IMG/VR virus record: IMGVR_UViG_3300037520_002383
Span: 18,925 to 82,924 of that record
Direction: 5' to 3' (one strand)
DNA length: 64,000 nucleotides
Source of the DNA: a virus
The position numbers were made by a program, and so were the translations under genes. This document shows, piece after piece, positions 9,339-18,555 of this stretch. The notes under the pieces are model-generated. The model ran no database searches. It had not been told where the DNA came from and saw nothing but the letters and a program-made list of their open reading frames with translations. Each line of letters opens with the position of its first letter. Position 1 is the stretch's first letter.

Positions 9339-9569
9339 ATGCCCTTCAAGAGTACGCTTGCGATCGAAAAACAGGTCATTGCCAGGGTGACGATTCGTGA
9401 CTCAGATCCCCGCAAGGACTTATTGGCGGAAATCAACGATCTCGTGACTTCGTCGACATTCACCATCGAAGACTTGACATATGTCCTGGCCTGTGTCGTG
9501 GCCGTGAGCGAGAACGTCAACGAAAAGGACGTAAAAGTCAAGATCAAAACCGATGACCTACCATTTTGA
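9339..9569 (+). CDS. hypothetical protein (ends DDLPF)
   Basis: SD AAGGAG; SSB-like acidic tip. Confidence 0.6.
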   Translation: MPFKSTLAIEKQVIARVTIRDSDPRKDLLAEINDLVTSSTFTIEDLTYVLACVVAVSENVNEKDVKVKIKTDDLPF

Positions 9570-9601
9570 GCCGCCCACCCCAGTCGTCTTCGGTTTTTTA
9601 G

Positions 9602-9636
9602 TTGACGACCGGCGGCGGAGCCTGTAGGCTGTAGGC
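9602..9636 (+). promoter_or_regulatory. early promoter, leaderless
   Basis: TTGACG-17-TAGGCT-6nt-ATG(9637). Confidence 0.8.
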
Positions 9637-9978
9637 ATGAACTACTACGCCTCCTCCGCCGCCTTCAAGACCTTTTACCGCCGCGACCGCCGTCTCCGCA
9701 GCGAGTGGCTTGCGGGCGTCCGCTACGGAACCTTCCGCGTCCGCATGGGCGACGACGTCAATGACATGGACACCGTCTACCGCCTGACGCTGGTCCACGG
9801 CGTCGTCCGCGAGCAGGTTGCGGAGGCCATGGGCGTCTACAGCGCCAACCTCATCGGCAAGACCGTCGAAGAACTGCGTGAGATGATGCAGGCGGAGTCG
9901 GAGCCGCCCTACTGCTTCGGCTACGACCTTGTCAACCGCCACCGCGACTACGGCAACGGCCACGTCGTTGTCGACTGA
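9637..9978 (+). CDS. hypothetical protein
   Basis: promoter-defined start. Confidence 0.7.
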   Translation: MNYYASSAAFKTFYRRDRRLRSEWLAGVRYGTFRVRMGDDVNDMDTVYRLTLVHGVVREQVAEAMGVYSANLIGKTVEELREMMQAESEPPYCFGYDLVNRHRDYGNGHVVVD

Positions 9979-9985
9979 GGAGAGC

Positions 9986-10255
9986 ATGAACATCTTTGCC
10001 CGATTCATCCACCTGCTTGCTTCCTTCTTCGACGCCGATGGCCGCGAACTCTGGCGGCTGCGGCAGGAGGTCAAGCGCCTGCAGAAGCGCAACCGCCGGC
10101 AGCAGGCCATCATCGAAGACAGCCACCGCAACAACGCCCTTCTGCGGAGGGAGGTAGCGGCTCAGGGCAAGGCGCTGCGGCGCCTGAAGGCCGGAAAAAG
10201 GAAGCAGCCGACGCTGCTGGTCGTTCGCTACGACAACGCCGGAGGTCGCCAGTGA
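9986..10255 (+). CDS. hypothetical coiled-coil protein
   Basis: SD GAGGAG; MNIFARF start. Confidence 0.65.
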   Translation: MNIFARFIHLLASFFDADGRELWRLRQEVKRLQKRNRRQQAIIEDSHRNNALLRREVAAQGKALRRLKAGKRKQPTLLVVRYDNAGGRQ

Positions 10256-10896
10256 CGCCCGAGGAGAAGCGCGAGGTCTGGCGGCGCGAAGTCGGCTACC
10301 TGCTGCCGTCGTACGATGCCGCGCTAGATCCTCAGGATGTCATTGACGCCGCCCAGCGACTGCTGGGTGTGGCTCATGCGTTGGCCGGCGTTGGCTGCCG
10401 GCGCTGTGACGGCCGCGGCTACCGCGCCTATGGCAGCAGCTCAACGTGGCGCGGCGGCGCGGGTGGTCAGGCCATCACCAGCGACGTCTGCGACCAGTGC
10501 TGGGGCAGCGGCCGCAGCGACAAGCCCCACGGCAGCCTCCGGCGCATTCTGCAGGCCGACGCCGCAGCCAAGGCGATGTTGGACCAGCTGCGTGAAGACA
10601 CCCGGCGTTGGCGTGACAGCGGCCTGTCGCTGGAGGCCATCCGCGACCTCGTCAACCGCTGGCAGTCGGAGGACATCAGCTTCGGCAAGCTGGTGGAGGA
10701 ACTGCGACTGGCGGCATCGGCGGCCGCCGCCGATCAGGCGCAGTCGGTGCTCGATGGCATCAGTCGGTCGCTGGTGGCTGCTGTCAAGGGTCACGAGCAC
10801 TATGACGCGCCGCCCCTGCACTGGAGTCAGGCGTTGAAGCTGGCCTGCGATGAGATCGAGGATCTGCGGCGTCAGATCAAGACGCGCCGGCGCTGA
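10252..10896 (+). CDS. protein with DnaJ-type zinc finger
   Basis: CRRCDGRG...CDQCWGSG. Confidence 0.65.
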   Translation: MTPEEKREVWRREVGYLLPSYDAALDPQDVIDAAQRLLGVAHALAGVGCRRCDGRGYRAYGSSSTWRGGAGGQAITSDVCDQCWGSGRSDKPHGSLRRILQADAAAKAMLDQLREDTRRWRDSGLSLEAIRDLVNRWQSEDISFGKLVEELRLAASAAAADQAQSVLDGISRSLVAAVKGHEHYDAPPLHWSQALKLACDEIEDLRRQIKTRRR

Positions 10897-10958
10897 TATT
10901 GCTGTTGCATTCCCCGGCAGACGTGGTACAAGCGACACGGCCCAACCAAGGAGAAGAT

Positions 10959-11282
10959 ATGACGACTAAGAAGAAGCTGAAAGCCGGCGACTGGTACACC
11001 GACACCCTCAGCCAGCCCTGCGTGATGGTGGCCGACGGAACGGGTTACGGCAAGACGCTGGCTGTCGTTATTGGTAAAGACGAGCAGGCTATGGCTGATG
11101 CCCGGCTGATGGCGGAGGCGCCCAAACTCCTTGAAGCCCTCGTTCGTGTCCTCATGTGGCAGCCGCAGTCGACGGAAGCCGCCTGCGAACAGGACTACGC
11201 CTTCGCCCGCAAGGTGGTGATGAGGGCGCGCAAGGGGACTGGCTCCTTTGCCGCCGTCACTGGTGATAAGGAAAAGACATGA
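10959..11282 (+). CDS. hypothetical protein, 'ARL.AAAP.LL' family
   Basis: DARLMAEAPKLLEAL; SD AAGGAG. Confidence 0.65.
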   Translation: MTTKKKLKAGDWYTDTLSQPCVMVADGTGYGKTLAVVIGKDEQAMADARLMAEAPKLLEALVRVLMWQPQSTEAACEQDYAFARKVVMRARKGTGSFAAVTGDKEKT

Positions 11283-11554
11283 GCAATCATACACCCGGCC
11301 CATGGCTATTGACTGACTGTGGCAAGCATCGCCCCGGCGAAAAAGCATGGAAAAGCTGCGCCCACATCGCGACAATCGATGGCCCACTACCAGTGACACT
11401 CGCCAATATGCAGCTGAAGGCTGCTGCGCCATTGCTTTTGGCTGCCTGCGAACAGGCTCTGCGGGAAAGCGGCTGCGATGGCGACTTGTGTTGTCATGAG
11501 TGGCATGATGTGGTGCGCAAAGCCATCGCCGTAGCCAAAGGAGAAGCCGAGTGA
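11279..11554 (+). CDS. HTPGPW-family phage protein
   Basis: MSNHTPGPW...NMQLKAAAPLLL. Confidence 0.65.
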   Translation: MSNHTPGPWLLTDCGKHRPGEKAWKSCAHIATIDGPLPVTLANMQLKAAAPLLLAACEQALRESGCDGDLCCHEWHDVVRKAIAVAKGEAE

Positions 11555-11718
11555 AGCCCCATGCCATCCCCTTCCAGAGCCTCGGCATTGACGCCGCCAT
11601 CGGCAGCGCGCCCTTGGAGCAGCACACGATCCAGCGACGTCTCCAAGCGAAGATGCTTCACGCCGTCGCCACCGCTTTCGAGGAACCCCGACACCTCTCG
11701 ACCCACGGAGACAAGTGA
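11551..11718 (+). CDS. small hypothetical protein (55 aa, not in ORF track)
   Basis: GTGA and TGATG coupling on both sides. Confidence 0.45.
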   Translation: MKPHAIPFQSLGIDAAIGSAPLEQHTIQRRLQAKMLHAVATAFEEPRHLSTHGDK

Positions 11719-12077
11719 TGCCACGCTACAGCGTAACCGGGGCCGTCCATGCCTCGACCTACATCGGCGAGTACGACGCCAACACGCCCGAGGAAGCCAT
11801 CGAGCGAGCCTACCGCGATGCAGGCGTCAGCCTGTGCCACGAGTGCGCCCGCGAAGTGAGCGATCCCGAAGTCTGCGAGCTGGTCGCCGAGGACGTGGAG
11901 ACGGGCGACGCGACCAGCGAGGCGACGACGAACGATCAGATCGTGGAACAGGCTGCCGAGATCAAGCGCCTGCGCCGCGCCCTCACGCACATCGCGGATA
12001 CCTGCGTGCAAGACCCCGACACCGCGCAGTTCGCCGCGCGCGTGCTCGACGGGAGCGCCGACGTGGGGGAGCCATGA
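11718..12077 (+). CDS. hypothetical protein (CxxC)
   Basis: coupled operon. Confidence 0.6.
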   Translation: MPRYSVTGAVHASTYIGEYDANTPEEAIERAYRDAGVSLCHECAREVSDPEVCELVAEDVETGDATSEATTNDQIVEQAAEIKRLRRALTHIADTCVQDPDTAQFAARVLDGSADVGEP

Positions 12078-12355
12078 AGCAAGCCGCCCCCGTCCGAGCG
12101 AAGCCGCCCAGCTCGCGCGCGGTCCTCGACTGCCCCGAGTGCTCGACGCCGCTCATCCCGGCGCACGGGCGCGGCAGGCACGACCAAGACGGCAACTACG
12201 TCGAGCACCGGGACGGCTGTCGCTGCCCGTGGTGTGACTGGGCGTGGTTCGACGACGCCGACCCCGTGACGTGCGCCTGCGGGGCCGTCGTCGGCGTGAA
12301 GTGCGACGAGGAGTACGCCTACGCGACCGTGATCGAGAAGAAAGGAACCCCATGA
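12074..12355 (+). CDS. zinc-finger protein
   Basis: CPEC, CPWC, CAC; ATGA coupling. Confidence 0.6.
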   Translation: MKQAAPVRAKPPSSRAVLDCPECSTPLIPAHGRGRHDQDGNYVEHRDGCRCPWCDWAWFDDADPVTCACGAVVGVKCDEEYAYATVIEKKGTP

Positions 12356-12582
12356 CCGCAGCATCGACGACCAGCTCCGCGCCCGAGCCTCGCCGTCTTT
12401 GGTGCCGCTGCCGCAGGAACACCGCTTGGCGAACCTCGCGGGGCTGGGTGCTCCGCTACCGCTGCGTGAACGGCGTGTGGGGCGGCGGCGGGGGCTACGG
12501 CAACGGCGCGAGCTTGAAAGAGGCGTACCGCTGGTGCGCTTCGTGTCGAGAGTGCCGCGACGCGGCGAAAGGAACGCCATGA
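12352..12582 (+). CDS. Cys-rich hypothetical protein
   Basis: ATGA coupling at both ends. Confidence 0.45.
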   Translation: MTAASTTSSAPEPRRLWCRCRRNTAWRTSRGWVLRYRCVNGVWGGGGGYGNGASLKEAYRWCASCRECRDAAKGTP

Positions 12583-13220
12583 CCGAGTGGAATATCGAAA
12601 CGGCGCTCAACCACCACGCCGGATGCAGCGTGTACGACGACGGTGCCTGCACCTGCGGCCTGCGGGCGCGGCGCGAGCAGATCGAACGCTCGCCGCTGGC
12701 CCCCGGCGAGGGGACGTGGAGTGTGTTCGCCCAGAAGGTCGTCGAGGAACGGGACGCGCTCAAGGAGGTCGTGCAGACCCTCAAGGCGCGGCTCGTCGAC
12801 GCGGAGCAAAAGCTGCTCGACGCCGAGTGCGAGCGTGACGCGAGCCGAGGCATGGAGAAGGCAGCCGAAATACGCGCTGAACGCCTCTACAGAGAGCGGG
12901 AGCGCCTGACCGAGTGCAACGAAGCCATGCGTGAGCCGATGCGAAGGCTGCGGGATGCGATGGGTATGCCCGCGCAAGGCGAAGGCTACGTCGTCGACTC
13001 GATCATCAAAGAACGCGACGAAGCCCTGCGCCTGTTGGCGACCCGCGTCGAGGCAAAGCGACTGGACGAGGCGCAAGAGGAGATCGAACGTCTGCGTGAA
13101 GCCGCGAAGCAGGCGCGGGAGGCGTTGCGAGACTGCTTGCGTTCGGCGTCGACCAATCGACTTGTCGACGTCATCGGTGACGCGATGACGGCGCTTGAAC
13201 AGGCGGGGGTGAAGCCATGA
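12579..13220 (+). CDS. coiled-coil protein with HxxxC..CTCG motif
   Basis: start MTEWNIE via ATGA coupling. Confidence 0.6.
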   Translation: MTEWNIETALNHHAGCSVYDDGACTCGLRARREQIERSPLAPGEGTWSVFAQKVVEERDALKEVVQTLKARLVDAEQKLLDAECERDASRGMEKAAEIRAERLYRERERLTECNEAMREPMRRLRDAMGMPAQGEGYVVDSIIKERDEALRLLATRVEAKRLDEAQEEIERLREAAKQAREALRDCLRSASTNRLVDVIGDAMTALEQAGVKP

Positions 13221-13447
13221 ACACCAACAGCGCGACCACGCTCCCCTGCGCCGGATGCAGCCGCTACCTCGGCGACGTCATGCAGCCGCTCGTCGTCGAC
13301 TTCGACGGCTTTCGCTACCGGGTCTGCGGGCGTGGTTGCCTCGTCAGGCTCATGGCGCGGCTCTCGCAGTCGTCGACGACCTCGACGAGCGCCACGAACG
13401 ACACGGTGAACTACTACCTGCTGGACGGGTACAAGAGGTTTCCATGA
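13217..13447 (+). CDS. TRASH-like zinc-binding protein
   Basis: CAGC...VCGRGC. Confidence 0.5.
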   Translation: MNTNSATTLPCAGCSRYLGDVMQPLVVDFDGFRYRVCGRGCLVRLMARLSQSSTTSTSATNDTVNYYLLDGYKRFP

Positions 13448-13872
13448 CCGACGAACGCCTCGACGAGATCAAGACCAAGTGGAACATCCCCGTGACGCTG
13501 CCCATGAGCGTGCCGTGGGGCAAGGACGACGTCGTGTGGCTGGTGCAGGAGGTCGAGCGCCTGCGCGAAGACCTGAAGAAGGCTCAGGAGAAGGCGGCCA
13601 TCTACGAAAGAGACTGGTATGAGGCCAAGTCAGAGTTCGGGACCGCCATCGCCAAGCTGAAGGCCGACATCGCCCAAGAGCGCCTGAAGTGGGAAGCCAC
13701 CCGTAGGTCGATGCTGCAGACGCGCGATGTCGCCGTGAAGGCTCGCGACGAAGTCTACGATCTCCTCCGCGGCCTCGGCTGGGAAAGCCACCTGCTGCAG
13801 GAAACGGCAGTGGAGTTCATCCAGCGGCTGCTGGCTTCAAACACTGTTGACAGACGTTGGGACTTGCCATAG
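13444..13872 (+). CDS. hypothetical coiled-coil protein
   Basis: MTDERLDEIK...DVVWLVQEVERLR. Confidence 0.6.
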   Translation: MTDERLDEIKTKWNIPVTLPMSVPWGKDDVVWLVQEVERLREDLKKAQEKAAIYERDWYEAKSEFGTAIAKLKADIAQERLKWEATRRSMLQTRDVAVKARDEVYDLLRGLGWESHLLQETAVEFIQRLLASNTVDRRWDLP

Positions 13873-13881
13873 CCTATGGGG
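13847..13881 (+). promoter_or_regulatory. early promoter, leaderless
   Basis: TTGACA-17-TAGCCT-6nt-ATG(13882). Confidence 0.7.
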
Positions 13882-14238
13882 ATGAACATGACGCACACAC
13901 CGGGGCCGTGGTTGTTCAGGGGCAAATCCAGCAGCGTGCATGCGCCGCCGCAGAACGGGCCGGGGCAGAACTACCAATACGGCGATCAACTCTTCCGCTT
14001 TCGAGACGATGACGATGACGCAGCGAGCATCAGCGACGAGAATCTGGCGCTTGTCCTTGCTGCACCCGATCTACTGCAGGGGCTGGAGGACATGATCGGC
14101 CACTGTCAGGGCTGTAATGGCAGAGGGCGGTTCTACGGCCCCGTCCCCGGCAGCCCCGGCAGCTATGCGTCGAATCAGCCCTGCCAAGACTGCAACGACG
14201 CCCGCGCCGCCATCAAGAAGGCACGAGGAGAGCCATGA
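13882..14238 (+). CDS. HTPGPW-family protein with zinc finger
   Basis: HTPGPW, LVLAAPDLL, CQGCNGRG..CQDC. Confidence 0.7.
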   Translation: MNMTHTPGPWLFRGKSSSVHAPPQNGPGQNYQYGDQLFRFRDDDDDAASISDENLALVLAAPDLLQGLEDMIGHCQGCNGRGRFYGPVPGSPGSYASNQPCQDCNDARAAIKKARGEP

Positions 14239-14642
14239 CCGAGCACACACCCGGCCCATGGCGTTGGGAACTGAACGTCAAGCATCATGGGCTAGAGCTA
14301 TGCGGCGGCCGGCCACGATACGACCTGACGGTGCTTGACTTCAAGCGCTGGGGTATGTCGTCGGCCATCGCCCGCTTCCGCACAGACGCCCATGGTCCAA
14401 ACACCCTGCAGAAGGCCACCGACTTCGCCCGCCCCATCCCCGGTCGCGAACACCACAGCAGCTGGCTGCAGGCCGTCGATCACCCGGATGCGCACTTGAT
14501 TGCGGCAGCGCCTGACCTGCTGGAGATGCTGGAGGAGATGGCGGCTCAGCACCACTGCGGCTGCCGTCACCCGGCGTGCAAGCGCTGCAAAGACGATGAT
14601 GCCTGCGCGGCCGTTATCGCCAAGGCAAGGGGTCGACGATGA
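14235..14642 (+). CDS. HTPGPW-family protein
   Basis: HTPGPW, DAHLIAAAPDLL, CGC..CKRC. Confidence 0.7.
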   Translation: MTEHTPGPWRWELNVKHHGLELCGGRPRYDLTVLDFKRWGMSSAIARFRTDAHGPNTLQKATDFARPIPGREHHSSWLQAVDHPDAHLIAAAPDLLEMLEEMAAQHHCGCRHPACKRCKDDDACAAVIAKARGRR

Positions 14643-14902
14643 TTCAGTTCAAGCCCGAGGACTTCGCCCGAGACTACGTCTATGCCCCGACGACGGAAGA
14701 CGAGCGACGCCGCAACGCAGACCTCGTCAAGGCGCTGGTGGCGGAGGTGAAGCGCCTCGGCGGCCTGACGACGCTGGAAGGCGGCAAGCTGCTGGCCGTC
14801 GCCATCAACCACCCCGCCTACTGCCCCATCTACGACGGCCAGCGCTGCACCTGCGGCTACGGGCGCAGCGCTGGCGCCTACTGGCCGGCTTCAGACTATT
14901 GA
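14639..14902 (+). CDS. hypothetical protein (HxxxC..CTCG)
   Basis: coupling; stop lies in TTGACA. Confidence 0.6.
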   Translation: MIQFKPEDFARDYVYAPTTEDERRRNADLVKALVAEVKRLGGLTTLEGGKLLAVAINHPAYCPIYDGQRCTCGYGRSAGAYWPASDY

Positions 14903-14933
14903 CAGGCGCTGATGCCGCTGCTAGGATCGAGGC
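14899..14933 (+). promoter_or_regulatory. early promoter, leaderless
   Basis: TTGACA-17-TAGGAT-6nt-ATG(14934). Confidence 0.75.
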
Positions 14934-15197
14934 ATGAATACCCTCATCCCCCAGAAGCAGGTCCAAGTCGCAGTCGAATCCGACGACCTGAGGCGCGACA
15001 AATACATGGTCGTCATACGCGACTCCGATGGCAGCCTCATCGGCATCCCCCTGCGTGGCGTTGAGCTGCGTGACGCCCAATATGCAGCGGCGCCGTTGAT
15101 GTATGCATTTGAATATGGCATGAGCTTTGCTCAGACCCATTTTCGGCGGCTGTTTTTAGCCAGCCACTTCAAGACAACACAAAAGATTGAACCCTGA
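14934..15197 (+). CDS. hypothetical protein
   Basis: promoter-defined start. Confidence 0.65.
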   Translation: MNTLIPQKQVQVAVESDDLRRDKYMVVIRDSDGSLIGIPLRGVELRDAQYAAAPLMYAFEYGMSFAQTHFRRLFLASHFKTTQKIEP

Positions 15198-15212
15198 GGC
15201 AGAAGAAGGGGC

Positions 15213-15249
15213 TTGACGGCGGCCGTGAATCAATGCTAGGCTACGGAGC
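15213..15249 (+). promoter_or_regulatory. early promoter, leaderless
   Basis: TTGACG-18-TAGGCT-7nt-ATG(15250). Confidence 0.7.
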
Positions 15250-15495
15250 ATGAATACACCCAGCCTCCGGATGCCGCCGCACAACCCCTTCTCAATGATC
15301 ATTCAGTCTTCAAGCAACGACAAGCTGCATCACGTCAAGGTCAGTGACGGCACAAAAACCATCGCTGAGTTTCTGCTGAAGGGCCAGCGGGTGCAGTCTT
15401 CTGTCGTCGCCGAGCCCCAGCGCATGCCGCGTTTCAAGCGGGCGGCGTTGAGCCTCATTGAGATGGGGGCTTGCGGCGGCAACTTCGACTTTTGA
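15250..15495 (+). CDS. hypothetical protein
   Basis: promoter-defined start. Confidence 0.6.
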   Translation: MNTPSLRMPPHNPFSMIIQSSSNDKLHHVKVSDGTKTIAEFLLKGQRVQSSVVAEPQRMPRFKRAALSLIEMGACGGNFDF

Positions 15496-15509
15496 GGAGA
15501 AAACATACA

Positions 15510-15683
15510 GTGCGCGACCTCAAGATCGTTCCCGATTCATCGTGGTTCCAGGTATGGGAGGAGTCACGACACATCGCCACGTTCTACAACCAAGAAGACG
15601 CCTTGGCGTTTGTAGACGGCTTCGTATTGGTGGAAATGGTAAAAAGGTATCTGAAGTCGGATAAGGAAGGAGGCAGCCGATGA
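15510..15683 (+). CDS. small hypothetical protein
   Basis: SD GAGGAG, GTG start. Confidence 0.5.
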   Translation: MRDLKIVPDSSWFQVWEESRHIATFYNQEDALAFVDGFVLVEMVKRYLKSDKEGGSR

Positions 15684-15997
15684 TCACCCTCAACTTCTAT
15701 ACCATCGCCGAACGACGACCAAGGCATGGCCAGGAGCTGGTGTATCTGCGACGCGGCGACAGCTTTGGTTTCGTTGCATTCGAGCCAGTGGAGGGCACGG
15801 CAGAATACTGCTGGTTTGGCATGGACGAATATGGCGACTTTGACGGCAACCAACTAATATACGAAGATGATGGGCAGCCGCCACCACCCGGCTACCGGCT
15901 GGAGATCATGTTTGGAAACCGTGTGATCGACGAAGAGAACTACTGGTGGTGCCCCATGGACGAGTACGACGCCGCCTTTCCCCAGCAACGGGAATGA
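15680..15997 (+). CDS. hypothetical protein (DUF551-like)
   Basis: IAERRP..GQELV...WWCP. Confidence 0.55.
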   Translation: MITLNFYTIAERRPRHGQELVYLRRGDSFGFVAFEPVEGTAEYCWFGMDEYGDFDGNQLIYEDDGQPPPPGYRLEIMFGNRVIDEENYWWCPMDEYDAAFPQQRE

Positions 15998-16075
15998 AGC
16001 AGACCCTGGAGCAATCCGGGGTCTTTCATTGATAGATGTTGACAACTACCGAGGCTTCAGGTATCTATGCAGACC

Positions 16076-16264
16076 ATGAACGACACCATCACCATACCCG
16101 CTCGCGCCCTATCCGTTGGCCACATCCTCTGCACCCACGACGGCCGCCGGCTGTCGATCACGGGCGTCATCGTCGGCGCCATCGTGCAAGCCCAGGCCCA
16201 TCACGGCAACAGCCGCCACACCTTTTTCTTCCCCATCACCGCCTCTGTCACGGTGGCGGCATGA
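16076..16264 (+). CDS. small beta-rich hypothetical protein
   Basis: IPARALSVGHIL; coupled to next ORF. Confidence 0.55.
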   Translation: MNDTITIPARALSVGHILCTHDGRRLSITGVIVGAIVQAQAHHGNSRHTFFFPITASVTVAA

Positions 16265-16737
16265 ATATCTTCATCCTCGACAGCGACCCGGTGGCGGCGG
16301 CGTGGGCGACGGTCGACAAGCATGCCGTCAAGATGCCGCTGGAGACGGCGCAGATGGCCTGCACCATCGCCCGCAGTCTCGGCGTCGACGACGTCGCCTA
16401 CCGCAGCACCCATGCAAGTCACCCCTGCACCCTCTGGGCGGCGGCCAGCGATGAGTCATGGCAGTGGCTGATGGCCCACGGCCTTGCCCTCTGCGAGACC
16501 TACAGCGCCCGCTACGGCCGCCAGCATGCGTCTGAGGCCATCCTGCGTCACGTCGCCGCCCTGAAGCTGCCGCTGCCTCGCCGCAGCATGCCCGCCTTCG
16601 CTCAAGCCATGCCCGACGCCTACAGGCGGCCTGACGCCGTCGCCGCCTACCGCGCCTACTACCGCGGCGACAAGGCGCGCTTCGCCGCTTGGCGACAGCC
16701 GGCTCAGACCCCCGATTGGTGGCAAGAGACTACTTGA
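16261..16737 (+). CDS. pyrimidine-dimer DNA glycosylase (DenV-like) family protein
   Basis: MNIFILD..P..AA...DKH.VKMPLETAQM, THASHPCTLW, FAQAMPD.Y...DAV.AYR.YY. Confidence 0.8.
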   Translation: MNIFILDSDPVAAAWATVDKHAVKMPLETAQMACTIARSLGVDDVAYRSTHASHPCTLWAAASDESWQWLMAHGLALCETYSARYGRQHASEAILRHVAALKLPLPRRSMPAFAQAMPDAYRRPDAVAAYRAYYRGDKARFAAWRQPAQTPDWWQETT

Positions 16738-16769
16738 CAGCCGCCTTTGACTTCGTATAGGCTGACGAC
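16734..16769 (+). promoter_or_regulatory. early promoter, leaderless
   Basis: TTGACA-18-TAGGCT-6nt-ATG(16770). Confidence 0.75.
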
Positions 16770-16961
16770 ATGATTTACTACGCCTTCAATGACGACGATC
16801 GAGCCAATATCATGGGTAGATTCGAAGACGAAACTGAAGACGATTGTTATCGAGATGGCAGCCAAGATATTAGCCACGATATCATTTATCCAAATGACAC
16901 CGAAGAGGCGCTGACCCCGCAGCAGGCTCAGGACGAGATGCCTGACCTGCTGCCTTTCTGA
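16770..16961 (+). CDS. small acidic protein (ends DLLPF)
   Basis: promoter-defined start. Confidence 0.55.
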   Translation: MIYYAFNDDDRANIMGRFEDETEDDCYRDGSQDISHDIIYPNDTEEALTPQQAQDEMPDLLPF

Positions 16962-17020
16962 GAGACTAAGCCAACCTTCTACGGGAGCCGGCAACGGCAG
17001 CCAGCAACCAAAGGAGCCCT

Positions 17021-18370
17021 ATGCCCCGCAAGCCCCGTTCGAAGGTCGCCCATCGCAAGATCTTTGTGCTCGATACCAATGTATTGTTGCATGATCCAAG
17101 AGCCATATTCTCTTTTGGCGACAATGATGTAGTCATCCCCATCTATGTTGTCGAGGAAATCGATACATTCAAGAAGGATGCCAGCGAGCTGGGGCGGAAT
17201 GCGCGGGAAGTTAGCCGCCACCTCGATGAACTGCGGGCCGCGGGCTCTCTGGCCAGAGGCGTGCCGTTGCCCAAGGGCGGCAGCCTGCGGGTGGCCACGA
17301 CGCACCTTGAGCTGCCCGAAGAGGTGACCACCGACCGCGGCCAAGACAGCAAGATCATGGCCGTGGCGTTAGACCTCAGCAGCTGCAGCGACCAGAAGGT
17401 CGTCTTCATCACCAAGGATACGAACCTGCGTATCCGCGCCGACGCCGTCGGCATCTATACCGAGGACTTTGAGCCCGAGCAGGTGGTTGCCATCGATGAC
17501 CTCTATCACGGCTGGCAGGAGATCGATGTCGCCGAGGAAGTCATCCACGACTTCTACACCGCCGGCGCCTGCCGCCTGCCTGATGCCGTCTACGGCCCCA
17601 ACCAGTACCTGTGCCTGAAGGCGCGTGGCAACCCCGGCTACAGCGCCATCGGCCGCGTCAAGCCGGCTGAGGGCGGTGGTTGGCTGCTGGCGCCCTTGGC
17701 TGCACACCCCGGCGGCGTCTGGGGCCTGAAGCCCAAGAACCGGGAGCAGTCGTTTGCCCTCGATGCGCTGATGGACGACGACATCAAACTGGTGACGCTC
17801 GTCGGCAAGGCGGGCTGCGGCAAGACGCTGATGGCCATCGCCGCCGGCCTCGCCAAGGTCACTGACAGCCACAGCTTCCAGAAGCTGCTGGTATCGCGCC
17901 CCGTCTTCCCGCTGGGCCGCGACATCGGCTACCTGCCGGGGACGGTGGAGGAGAAGCTGAACCCCTGGATGCAGCCGATCTTCGACAACGTCGAGTTCCT
18001 GATGGGGCTGACGACGAAGGAGAAGAAGAAGGGCCGCAGCCATAAGGAGTTGATTGATCTGGGTCTGGTGCAGATTGAGCCCCTGACATACATCCGCGGC
18101 CGCAGCATTCCGCAGCAGTACATGATCGTCGACGAGGCGCAGAACCTGACGCCGCATGAAGTCAAGACCATCATCAGCCGCGCCGGCGAGGGCACCAAGA
18201 TCGTGTTGACGGGCGACCCCTACCAGATCGACAACCCCTACGTCGATCAGACCAACAACGGCCTCGTCCACGTCGTCAACCGCTTCCGCGGCGAGAAGAT
18301 CGCGGCGCACGTCATGCTGACGAAGGGCGAGCGGTCGCCGCTGGCTGAGATCGCCACCAACCTGCTGTAG
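17021..18370 (+). CDS. phoH: PIN-PhoH (PhoH2/YlaK-like) ATPase
   Basis: VLDTNVLLHDP PIN domain; GKAGCGKT Walker A; GYLPG, RGRS, DEAQN, GDP.QID. Confidence 0.95.
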   Translation: MPRKPRSKVAHRKIFVLDTNVLLHDPRAIFSFGDNDVVIPIYVVEEIDTFKKDASELGRNAREVSRHLDELRAAGSLARGVPLPKGGSLRVATTHLELPEEVTTDRGQDSKIMAVALDLSSCSDQKVVFITKDTNLRIRADAVGIYTEDFEPEQVVAIDDLYHGWQEIDVAEEVIHDFYTAGACRLPDAVYGPNQYLCLKARGNPGYSAIGRVKPAEGGGWLLAPLAAHPGGVWGLKPKNREQSFALDALMDDDIKLVTLVGKAGCGKTLMAIAAGLAKVTDSHSFQKLLVSRPVFPLGRDIGYLPGTVEEKLNPWMQPIFDNVEFLMGLTTKEKKKGRSHKELIDLGLVQIEPLTYIRGRSIPQQYMIVDEAQNLTPHEVKTIISRAGEGTKIVLTGDPYQIDNPYVDQTNNGLVHVVNRFRGEKIAAHVMLTKGERSPLAEIATNLL

Positions 18371-18377
18371 AAACTGG

Positions 18378-18412
18378 TTGACGGCCGCCCCAGCCTCTTG
18401 TAGGCTGGGGCC
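18378..18412 (+). promoter_or_regulatory. early promoter, leaderless
   Basis: TTGACG-17-TAGGCT-6nt-ATG(18413). Confidence 0.75.
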
Positions 18413-18547
18413 ATGACGTATCTGCTGGCTGAACTCAAACATCTCAAGACCCATTGGTTTTCGTGCCTGATATCGTGTTTGGCCGCGCATATGGCCATGG
18501 AGGCGGCGGAATGGCTATTGGAAGTCATTCTTGGGGCAAAGATGTAG
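18413..18547 (+). CDS. 44-aa hydrophobic protein (not in ORF track)
   Basis: MTYLLAELKHLKTHWFSCLISCLAAHMAMEAAEWLLEVILGAKM after a canonical promoter. Confidence 0.6.
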   Translation: MTYLLAELKHLKTHWFSCLISCLAAHMAMEAAEWLLEVILGAKM

Positions 18548-18555
18548 TGGATCAC

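Noticed and set aside
16036-16260. His/Arg-rich N-terminal extension of the glycosylase ORF
   Set aside because: The family starts at MNIF (16261), and the region is occupied by the 16076-16264 ORF
17369-18490. Long antisense ORFs (also 28425-29558, 35276-36301, 50034-50849)
   Set aside because: Typical high-GC3 shadows of clear genes on the opposite strand
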